NCBI GenBank assembly: GCA_026770705.1
Contig: JANJGN010000033.1
Span: 9,486,001-9,550,000 of the forward strand
Direction: 5' to 3'
Length of the DNA stretch: 64,000 nt
Source: Isurus oxyrinchus
Lineage: Eukaryota
The notes beneath the pieces were generated by a model. That model ran no database searches, was not told where the DNA came from, and worked only from the letters and a program-made list of their open reading frames with translations. A program made the position numbers and the translations under genes. Positions 1 to 8,546 of this stretch are shown here, in pieces. Numbering within the stretch: the stretch's first letter is position 1; each line of letters opens with the position of its first letter.

Positions 1-2420
1 CCCTCAGTACTGACCCTCTGACAGTGCAGCACTCCCTCAGTACTGACCCTCTGACAGTGCAGCACTCCCTCAGTACTGATCCTCTGACAGTGCAGCACTC
101 CCTCAGTACTGACCCTCTGACAGTGCAGCACTCCTTCAGTACTGACCCTCTGACAGTGCGGCACTCCCTCAGTACTGACCCTCTGACAGTGCGGCCCTCC
201 CTCAGTACAGACCCTCTGACAGTGCGGCCCTCCCTCAGTACAGACCCTCTGACAGTGCAGCACTCCCTCAGTACTGACCCTCCGACAGAGCTGCGCTCCT
301 TCAGTTTTGACGCTCTGACAGCGCGGCGCTCCCTCAGTACTGACCGTCTGACCGTGCGACGATCCCTCAGTACTGACTCATTGACAGCGCGGCGGTCCCT
401 CAGTACTGACCCTCCGACAGTGCAGCACTCCCTCAGTACTGACCGTCTGACCGTGCGACGATCCCTCAGTACTGACTCATTGACATTGCGGCGGTCCCTC
501 AGTACTGACCCTCCGACAGTGCAGCACTCGCTCAGTACTGACCCTCCGACAGTGCGGTGCTCCCTCAGTACTGACCCTCTGACAGTGCAGCACTCCCTCA
601 GTACTGGTCCTCTAGCAGTGCAGCACTCCCTCAGTACTGACCCTCTGACTGTGCGACGATCCCTCAGTACTGACTCATTGACAGTGCGGCGCTCCCTCAG
701 TACGGACTCCCTGACAGTGCAAAACTCCCACTTTTCTGACCCTCTGTCAGTGCGGCACTCCCTCAGTACTGACCCTCCGACAGTGCAGCACTCCCTCAGT
801 ACTGACCCTCTGACAGTGTGGCACTCCCTCAGTAAAGACCCTCCGACAGTGCAGCACTCACTCAGTCCTGACCCTCCGACAGTGCAGCACTCCCTCAGTA
901 CTGGCCCTCTAGCAGTTTGGCGCTCCCTCAGTACTGACCCTCTGACAATGTGGCATCCCTGAGTATTGACCCTCCGACAGCGCGGCGCTCCCTCAGTACT
1001 GACCATCTGACAGTGCAGCACTCCCTCAGTACTGACCATCCGATAGTGCGGCAATCCCTCAATACTGACCCTCCGACAGTGCAGCACTCCCTCAGTACTG
1101 GTCCTCTAGCAGTGCGGTGCTCCCTCAGTACTGACCCTCCGACAGTGCAGCACTCTATCAGTACTGGTCCTCTAGCAGGGCGGCACTCCCTCAGTACTGA
1201 CCCTCTGACCGTGCGACGATCCCTCAGTACTGACACCCTGACAGTGCAGCAGTCCCTCAGTACTGACTCATTGACAGTGCGGTGCTCCCTCAGTACTGAC
1301 CCTCCGACAGTGCAGCACTCCCTCAGTACTGGTCCTCTAGCAGGGCGGCACTCCCTCAGTACTGACCCTCTGACCGTGCGACGATCCCTCAGTACTGACA
1401 CCCTGACAGTGCAGCAGTCCCTCAGTACTGACTCATTGACAGTGCGGCGCTCCCTCAGTACTGACCCTCCGACAGTGCGGCACTCCCTCAGTACTGACTC
1501 TCTGACAGTGTTGCACACCCTCAGTACTGACCCTCCGACAGTGCTGCGCTCCTTCAGTATTGACCATTCGACACTTCAATACTCCCTCAGTACTGACCCT
1601 CCGACAGTTGCACACGCCCTCAGTACTGACCCTCCAACAGTGCAGCACTCCCTCAGTACTGAGCCTCCGACAGTGCAACACTCCCTCAGTCCTGACCCTC
1701 CGACAGAGCTGCACTTCTTCAGTTTTGTCCCTCTGACAGTGCAATGCTCCCTCAATACTGACCATCCGGCAGTTGCACATTCCCTCAGTACTGACCCTCC
1801 GACATTGAAGCACTCCCTCAGTACTGACCCTCAGACAGTGCGGCGCTCCCTCAGTACTAACTCTCTGACAGTGCGGCCCTCCCTCTGTACTGACCCTCTG
1901 ACAGTGCGGCACTCCCTCAGTACTGACCCTCTGAGAGTGTGGCACTCCCTCAGTACTGAGCCTCTGATAGTGCGGCACTCGCTCAGTACTGACTCTACGA
2001 CAATGCGGCACTCCCTCAGTACTGACCCTCTGACAGTGCGGCACTCCCTCAGTAAAGACCCGCCGACAGTGCAGCACTCCCTCAGGACTGTCTCTCCGAC
2101 AGTGCAGCACTCCCTCAGGACTGTCTCTCCGACAGTGCAGCACTCCCTCAGTACTGACCCTCCGACATTGCAGCACTCCCTCAGTACTGACCCTCCGACA
2201 GTACGGCACTCCCTCAGTACTGACCCTCCGACACTGCAGCACTCTCTCAGGACTGACTCTCCGACAGTACAGCCCTCCCTCACTTCTGACTCTCCGACAG
2301 TACAGCCCTCCCTCACTACTGACCCTCCGACAGTACGGCACTCCCTCAGTACTGACCCTCCGACATTGCAGCACTCCCTCAGCACTGACTCTTTGACAGT
2401 ACTGCACTCCCTCAGCACTG
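1..2420. repeat. 33-bp tandem repeat (minisatellite), ~73 copies, open at the window start
   Basis: Unit CCCTCAGTACTGACCCTC(T/C)GACAGTGCAGCACT repeats continuously. It contains the palindrome TCAGTACTGA. Local multi-unit duplications have offsets 99 (341/440) and 165 (1166/1331). Confidence 0.98.
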
Positions 2421-2457
2421 CACAGGGAGATTTAGCCTGTGTTCTGTTCTCGAGTCC
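2408..2457 (-). mobile_element. SINE remnant contiguous with the last 33-mer
   Basis: CCCTCAGCACTGCACAGGGAGATTTAGCCTGTGTTCTGTTCTCGAGTC resembles the reverse complement of the head-proximal body of the SINE at 7051-7506 and of my recalled consensus for the shark Deu-domain SINE. Confidence 0.6.
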
Positions 2458-2616
2458 CTCACGAAAACTTGCTGGTGCACAGTCTTCATGTCGAGAGGCA
2501 TTTAGCTTCATTGTGGTGGCACCTGTGTTTTTGCCAGAGCACTGGTTGGCATTAAGATTGTACCAAGAGGCTGGAGGCTGAGGGAACTTTACTAATTATG
2601 TTTATTGATTCCATAG

Positions 2617-2973
2617 GACAGTTTTCGTGTCACGAAGTTGTCTCAGACCTGAACGCTCAGTGTGGAAGTAACGTTGCTCTCCCTTGTACCTTTTCTGGTG
2701 AAATAAAGCCTTATCGTATTATCTGGCAGAAAGAGCTTTCAGATGGTCAAGTCGTTGTGCACCAGCAGCCTGAAGTCCCTGTCAATGGTGGCTTGCCTTC
2801 CATCAACAAGATCAGGGCAGTAATGCAGCCGGATTGGGATGAGGAGAGAAATGCAAGTCTCACCCTCAAGAGCGTTACATTGAAGGACAGCGGCACTTAC
2901 GTCTGTTATGTTCGTTTCACCTCGGAACATCCAAGCTCAGTTTGCTCTAGGGTATTGTTGGAAGTACATCAAA
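2617..2973 (+). CDS. Internal exon encoding an IgV-set domain (B7/butyrophilin-like motifs) of a putative GPI-anchored IgSF protein
   Basis: Branch-like CTAAT at 2592-2596, acceptor ccatag|GA at 2616/2617, donor CAA A|gtaagt at 2973/2974. Length 357 nt, phase 1-1. Peptide has ALPC (B strand), IIWQK (C strand Trp), NASLTLKSV (E strand) and DSGTYVC (F strand), a canonical IgV signature. Confidence 0.9.
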
Positions 2974-3592
2974 GTAAGTAGATCTGAAAGGGCATCGAGT
3001 AGCTACGTCAATGTAGTGTTCAATGGTTTAATTGATCTGTTTTTGATAATACGAGCCTGACCACTGATCTATGCCCACCTTCCTTGATTCGCTGATTCAG
3101 AGCTTGGGTAAACAGGGGAGCCTTTAGAAGAAGCTGAGCTGCAAGCAGAAAAGGAGACATGTTGTGATTGCAGAGTTATTTTAAAGAACTGCAGATAAAC
3201 CTGTTGCAGGCTTAGAAAGTAGTGTCATCTCTGCACTGTTCCAAGAAATATAAAAGATTTAACAAACTGGCAAGTGCACGACATTCAAACTTAAAGGGAT
3301 ATATTGTGGAGCTTGACCACAGAGCAAGCAAGAGCAGCTTCTATTTACAAAGTGCCTTTAGCTTCATGAAATGGCCTGAGGAAAGCCTTGCCATATGCAA
3401 TTGCAGGTCGGAGGTGGGATTATCTGCAGGATTCCTTGTCCCACACTGCCCACTAGTTACCCGACCGATGTGGACAAAGAATTGGGAAAACAGCCTCATC
3501 AAATTCCTCCCTGTCTTTTTTTACGAGACCAACACCCAGGGTGAAAGGTTAAAGTGATGTGGCGGGGAACAAGGAACTGGAATGAAAAAGCG

Positions 3593-3910
3593 AAAACAGA
3601 AACAGAAATACCTGGAAAAAACTCAGCAGGTCTGGCAGCATCGGCGGAGAAGAGCACAGTTGATGTTTCGAGTCCTCGTGACCCTTCAACAGAACTAAGT
3701 AAAAATAGGAAAGAGGTGAAATAAATTGGATGAGTGGATATATTTCACCCCTTTCCTATTTTTACTCAGTTCTGTCGAAGGGTCATGAGGACTCGAAACG
3801 TCAACTGTACTCTTCTCCGCCGATGCTGCCAGACCTGCTGAGTTTTTCCAGGTATTTCTGTTTCTGTTTTTGTTTTGGATTTCCAGCATCCGCAGTTTTT
3901 TTTTTGCTTT
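3593..3910. mobile_element. Foldback of a Penelope-LTR-like repeat: inverted arms 3593-3723 and 3741-3870, with the + copy continuing to ~3910
   Basis: Arms are reverse complements over ~130 bp with about 6 transitions and 1 indel, around a 17-nt spacer. The GAAGGG..GAC.CGAAACGT motif is typical of Penelope-like terminal repeats (family assignment from recall). Confidence 0.75.
3767..3807 (+). ncRNA. Minimal type I hammerhead ribozyme-like motif (core A6 replaced by U)
   Basis: CAGTT-CTGTCGA-A-GGGTC-ATGAG-GACTC-GAAA-CGTC-AACTG. Helix I is CAGTT/AACTG, helix II is GGGTC/GACTC, followed by the GAAA box, a palindromic ACGT in place of helix III, and a GUC cleavage triplet. Confidence 0.55.
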
Positions 3911-3959
3911 TAAGGAACCGGAATGCTCTGCTTGGAATAAACCAGGTTTGGGGGGTACT

Positions 3960-4335
3960 TTTGATGGCAGCTTTCGAACGCTTGGAGGGTTTTGACAGAA
4001 TACACAAGGAGGGGATTTATCCTTGCAGTGGCTGAAGGGTCAAGAATCAGCGGACACTGATTTAAAATTATGGCAAAAGGTGAAATGAGGGAAAACTGCT
4101 TTTTACCCAACGAGTGGTTAAAATTTGGTGGGCACTATCTCATAGGGCGGTGGAGACCGATTCAAAAGTGCCTTTCAAATAGGAATTGGATAAATACTTG
4201 AAAGAGAAAATAATAGCTGGGATCTTGGGGAAGAGTGAGGGTGGGTGAGCAGGACTGACTGGATTGCTCTACTAAAGGGCTGGCACATACCTGATGGGCT
4301 GAAAGGCCTGCCTCTATGCTGTACTTTTCTATAAT
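3960..4335 (+). mobile_element. Degenerate CR1-type LINE 3' fragment
   Basis: LMAAFERLEGFDRI resembles CR1 LIEVFKIMKGFDRV. It is followed by FFTQRVV-like and ELDKYL-like DNA and the tail GATGGGCTGAAAGGCCTGCCTCTATGCTGTA. Confidence 0.8.
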
Positions 4336-4340
4336 TGTAA

Positions 4341-5065
4341 GATATGGAATGCAGAAAGTTAGCTTGCGGGTACAGCAAGCAAATAGGAAGGCAAATGGCC
4401 TGTTGACTTGGATTCCAAGGGGATTGGGGTACAGGAATTAGAAGCTCTTGCTAAAATTGTACAGGACCTTGGTGAGACCAAACCTGGAATACTGTACACA
4501 GCTTTGGTCTCCAAGATTAAGGGAGGATATACTTGCATTGGAAGTGGTACAGCGAAGGCTCACTCAACTGGAGGCAGCACAGCGCAGGTTTACTAAACTG
4601 GTCCCTGGGATGAGGGGATTATCCTATAAGGAGAGGCTGAGTAAGTTGGGTCTGTATTCCCTAGAGTTTGGAAGAGCGAGAGGCGGCCTTATTGAACCAT
4701 ACAAGGCCCTGAAGGGGCTTGACCGGGTGGACGCTGAGATTGTTTCCGCTGGTCGGGGGGGGTCTAAAACACGGGGGCACAGACTCGCGATAAGGGGACC
4801 GAACATTTAGGACTGAGATGAGGAGAAATTTCTTCGCTCAAAGCGCTGTGAATTTTTGGAATTCTCTACCCGTAGAGGGACGTGGAGGCACCATCGTCGG
4901 TAAAATGGAAGGCCGGGATAGACAGAATTTTGGTCTCTCAAGGGGTCGACAGATATGAGGAATGGGTGGGAAAATGGGTTTGAAGCCCAAGGGTCAGCCA
5001 TGATTGTATTGGGCAGTGGAACAGGCTCGAGGGGCCGAATGGCCTACTTCCGCTCCTGTTTTGTG
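4341..5065 (+). mobile_element. 5'-truncated CR1-type LINE (end of ORF2 plus 3' UTR)
   Basis: ORF 4448-4810 reads LYRTLVRPNLEYCTQLWSP...QRRFTKLVPGMRGLSYKERL..LGLYSLE..RGGLIE..TRGH, the classic CR1 ORF2 C-terminus. Tail is GGGGCCGAATGGCCTACTTCCGCTCC. Confidence 0.93.
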
Positions 5066-5125
5066 CGTACCTATGGCCGTATCTAACTTATCCGTCATCG
5101 TGACTCTGTTGCTTTCCTTCCGTAG

Positions 5126-5452
5126 GTGCAGAGCTTTGCTGGGTGATGCCTGCGCCGGTCACAGTGGAAGCTGGGAGAAAGCAGGACCCCACATGGCCCT
5201 CCAACCCAAAGTGCTTCAACTCCGAGGAGCTGGACGTGTCCTGTAGGCACGGTCAAGGCTCGCCTGAGCAGCTTTGCAAGCTCAGCGAAGGGGGAGCGAC
5301 AGGAGATCTCCGGGGTGAGAATTGCACCATGAGCCTGGGAGGTCTCCAGATGCCGATCCGCTCTGTCACTCGACGAGACGACTACGAGTGTTGCCTTGGA
5401 GACGGCACAACCAAGCGGAAGTTGTGTGTGTGCTCTAGCGTCAACGTCACAG
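5126..5452 (+). CDS. Internal exon encoding a Cys-rich, divergent Ig-like second domain
   Basis: Pyrimidine-rich acceptor gctttccttccgtag|GT at 5125/5126, donor ACA G|gtaaaa at 5452/5453. Length 327 nt, phase 1-1, in frame with the IgV exon and free of stops. Motifs: PAPVTVEAG (A' strand), PKC, D-D-Y-E-C and VCSSVNVT. Confidence 0.78.
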
Positions 5453-5509
5453 GTAAAATCTCTCTTGAGCCCCTCGCCAATTTGTCCTCTCCCTACCATG
5501 ATCCGTCAT

Positions 5510-6240
5510 AAGCTCCTTGTGGCAGTCAAAGAGGCCATTCTGCCCATCAAGCCCATGCTAGCTCTCCGTAGAGCAATCCATGCTCCCAATCCACCCCCCC
5601 CTCCTGCTCTATCCCCGTATCCCTTTGCGAGTTTATTTCCCTTGAGCATCCATCCAATTTCCTTTTGAAATCATTCATCGTCTCCGCTTCCCCCCACCTC
5701 CACCACCCCCCCCCCAACCCTCCCTTCGTGGGCAGCGAGTTCCAGGTCATTACAACCCACTGCATCAAAATATTCTTCCTCACATCCCCCTCCTACCCCG
5801 CACCCCCTGTATCTCCTACCCACATCTGTGTCCCCTACTTCTTCTGCCAACAGCTAACGTCTTTTCTTTACCCAGGGCTGAATTTTACAGCACCTCCCAC
5901 TGGTAGGATTTTACAGCCCAGCCGAAGTCTATGGGCTTTCCGTTGGCTCGCCATTTTTTTACTGCCAAAGGCAAATTGGAGGCTCCATTCACAATGTAGG
6001 ATCCCGCTTTTCACCTTAGGAGGCCTATCACCCGAATCAGGCTGCGACAGGGCTGTAAAACTCTGCCCCTTCTTATATAAACCTTGTGCCCCTCTGTCAG
6101 ATCCCACCCCACCCCACCCCCCACCCCCAACCTCCTTCACCCCAAGCAGAGCAATCCCGGCTTCTCCAACCCAACCTTGTCGCTAGAATCCCTCAGCCCC
6201 TGGAAGCACCCTGGTAAATCTCCGCTACACCATCTCAAGC
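5510..6240 (-). mobile_element. Degenerate CR1-type LINE 3' fragment interrupted by a MITE-like insertion
   Basis: Minus-strand ORF 5547-5783 contains WVVMTWNSLP...EAETMNDFKRKLD. CR1-like sequence resumes at 6069-6240. Confidence 0.75.
5875..6068. mobile_element. MITE-like element, 194 bp, with 17-bp imperfect terminal inverted repeats
   Basis: GGGCTGAATTTTACAGC (5875-5891) versus the reverse complement of 6052-6068, GGGCAGAGTTTTACAGC: 15/17 identical. No target-site duplication could be read. Confidence 0.6.
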
Positions 6241-6559
6241 GGTAGTGGTATTGTCACTGTCACTAGACGAACGATCCAGGGTAATGCTACTGGGACCTAG
6301 TTCAAATGCAGCCATGGCAGAACCCAATAAAAAAGTTGACATTGGGGAAGAGTAATGATTATCAGTCATTTTGAAAACCCGTCTGCTTCACTAATGCCCT
6401 TTAGGGAAGGAAATCTGCTGTCCTTACCTGGACGGGCCTAGTCTCCATGTGACTCCAGGCCCCCCCAGCAACGCCATTGATTCTTAAATGCCCCTGAACG
6501 AGGGCAAAGAGGGGATGGGCCCAGCCAGTGAGAGCCCATGTCCTGTGAACGAATAAAAA
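6241..6559 (+). mobile_element. SINE with a LINE-shared 3' tail
   Basis: B-box-like GTTCAAAT near 6300, a body matching an abundant elasmobranch SINE (recall), and a tail 6502-6559 that aligns to the LINE tail at 11628-11698. Confidence 0.7.
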
Positions 6560-6679
6560 GGGGGTTAGTTGAAATGTTAAATCCAGTTAATAAACCTGGA
6601 AGTGAAAACGAGTTCTCAGTACTGCGGAAGCGTCCCTGATTGTGGTAAAAGGTTTTCACTAGTGTTCTTTTGTTAACAG

Positions 6680-6768
6680 CGGCCGCAAGCAGTGCTGAAT
6701 CGATGCTCGGGAAACACGGTTGGCATTCCATCACCCTGCTGCTAACCGTCGCTGCAATTCTTGTCTGA
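6680..6768 (+). CDS. Terminal coding exon, GPI-anchor-signal-like C-terminus
   Basis: Acceptor tgttcttttgttaacag|CG at 6679/6680, phase 1. Reads (A)AASSAESMLGKHGWHSITLLLTVAAILV* with TGA at 6766-6768: small residues, a polar spacer and a 12-residue hydrophobic tail ending at the stop. Confidence 0.72.
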
Positions 6769-6895
6769 AGAAAGCGCGCCCCAACAGAGTTGGCAAAGGA
6801 TGAAGGGTGGCATTGGAGAAAGGAGATTTTGCTGAGCGAAGGGGCAGGTTTGAAAGAGCAAATAGGCCTTTGTCCGGTCCGGTTTCTTTTGCTGA

Positions 6896-6901
6896 AATAA
6901 A
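6896..6901 (+). terminator. Candidate polyadenylation signal AATAAA
   Basis: First AATAAA after the stop codon, ~128 nt downstream of TGA 6768. Confidence 0.55.
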
Positions 6902-7050
6902 GATAAAATTGCCTCCATGACAAGGCGGATAAATCAATCCTCGCAGGGCTGAATCAATCCTCACGGGGCTCCATGCATCGGGCATCCAGAGCAAAGATGT
7001 GCCTGGATTACTCACCCTCAGGGTGGCGGTGCTTTCCGAGTTCAAGCCAA

Positions 7051-7506
7051 GGCTCGGTGGGTAGTGCTCCCACCTTTCAGACTGAAGATCGGGGGCTTTC
7101 GAGCCCCACTCCTCGGGGCTCAATTGAGCACAGCATTCTTGGGGTGACGCTCCCTTGCGCTGAGGGGGTGGGGGAGGGGGAGGCGGTGCGGCACATTTGG
7201 AGGCACAGTCCTCCTCAAGGAAATGTTGAACTGCGGCCCAGTCCACCCTCTTGGGTGGGAGTGAAGGGTTTGAAGGGAAGGGGGGGGTGGGGCGGTGGGG
7301 GAACTCCTCCCTCGTGCCCTGACTAGTGCTTACGCCTCAATCGACCTCACAAAAAACAGGCAATGGGAAGTTCGTGGGATCTTGCTGTGTACAAATTGGC
7401 TGCTGCGTTCCCCACATGGCCCACTGTCCATGAAGCCCTTTAGGATGTTGTGAAAGGCCCTATATGAAATGCGGGTCTTTTTTAAAATCCTTACATGAAT
7501 GCAAGC
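7051..7506 (+). mobile_element. Near full-length, diverged tRNA-headed Deu-domain-type SINE (SacSINE1-like)
   Basis: Head GGCTCGGTGGGTAGTGCTC...GAGCCCCACTCC...TTGAGCACA, central GTGGGATCTTGCTGTGTACAAATTGGCTGCTGCGTT, and L2-like tail GTGAAAGGCCCTATATGAAATGC. Family name from recall. Confidence 0.7.
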
Positions 7507-8129
7507 CTATTTTGATATTTTTAATCTTTTGTCCTTAACCTGAACCGCAAAATCTGACAAATTTCTCAACCACACTAATGACTGATGGGGATCACAGGAT
7601 GTGGTTTAAGATCATTATTACTGGAAGGAACATTATGACTGCATCCGCCAACGTTACTGGAAGCCCGGGCTGTTTGCACAGCTCTGTAACGTGCATGTTT
7701 ACCAGTCGCTTTTTCTTCACACCAGTGTCAACACTTCAGAAGGGGTTGAAAACTGAATTGGTTCTCAGATGGAGCAAGTCTGTGGCCAAGTCTCCTACAG
7801 TCCTGAGCCGGGTGTGAAGTTCATTTCACACACTGAGCGCGTTGCAACACTTAAGTAAAAGCTGACTGGAAATCATGTTCCACGTGATGCTGTTTCAGTC
7901 ACAGGGCTCTGTTTTGGCCTGTCAAAGCAACTCACTTCTGTCCTAAAGGAAAACAGAGGCTGTCTAGAAGGTAAGATAGCAGAATGTAACAACAGCAAAC
8001 CAAAGTCAACGCTCGGTGAAAGCACAACTTAGAAATAAGTGACCGATGGTCATGCATGTGTGGTTGGGGGGAATGGGGGGTGCGGGGTGGGGTTAGCATG
8101 TGCAGACTAGCTCTCTGTTGTACATGGAC

Positions 8130-8520
8130 TGTACAGCAGAGAAAAGGCCATTCGGCCCATCTGCTCCAAGCTGGCATTTCTGCCCCACACGAGCCTCCTC
8201 CCACCCGGTCTTCACCTCACCCGATCAACATATCATTTATTCCTTTATCCCTCATGTTTCCCCTTAACTGTATCTATACTGTTCACCTCAACCGCTTTCT
8301 GCTGATAGTTCCACATTCTCACCACTCTCTCTCGTGAATTCCCATTTGGATTTATTGGTGACCACCTTACATTTATGGCCCAGAGTTTTGAATCTCCCCA
8401 AGCATTTTCTCTACACCCACCTTTTCTAATTTAAAAGCACCTTATCAAAACCTCTTTCTAATTTAAAAGCACCTTATCAAAATCTCTTTCTAATTTAAAA
8501 GCCCTCTATCAGGTCACAAC
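8130..8520 (-). mobile_element. CR1-type LINE 3' fragment
   Basis: Begins with TGTACAGCAGAGAAAAGGCCATTCGGCCCAT, the reverse complement of the CR1 tail also seen at 5030-5060, followed by degenerate ORF2-end sequence. Confidence 0.75.
8421..8505. repeat. 32-bp tandem duplication (~2.6 copies) inside the CR1 fragment
   Basis: TCTAATTTAAAAGCACCTTATCAAAACCTCTT starts at 8425, 8457 and (partial) 8489. Confidence 0.9.
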
Positions 8521-8546
8521 TTCAAGAGAAATGATTCAAACAACAT

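Noticed and set aside
2488-2505. ATG TCG AGA GGC ATT (MSRGI, reminiscent of the CD83 N-terminus) as the leader exon; D1 also has CD83-like C-x7-C spacing
   Set aside because: Immediately followed by TAG, with no hydrophobic leader or donor site. The CD83 partner Cys before the F strand is absent, so no gene symbol was assigned.
24-2581. Mucin-like S/T/P-rich ORFs (SLSTDPLTVQH repeats)
   Set aside because: The 33-bp unit is a multiple of 3 and one frame has almost no codons one step from a stop, so openness is expected. A frameshift occurs near 950 and the unit is SINE-derived.
4448-4810. Functional reverse transcriptase gene
   Set aside because: Only the C-terminal ~120 aa of ORF2 is present, 5'-truncated and frameshifted; no autonomous element is in the window.
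7560-8100. Additional exons or a second gene in the non-repetitive stretch after the poly(A) signal
   Set aside because: The short ORFs have no recognisable domain, and I found no convincing acceptor/donor pair.
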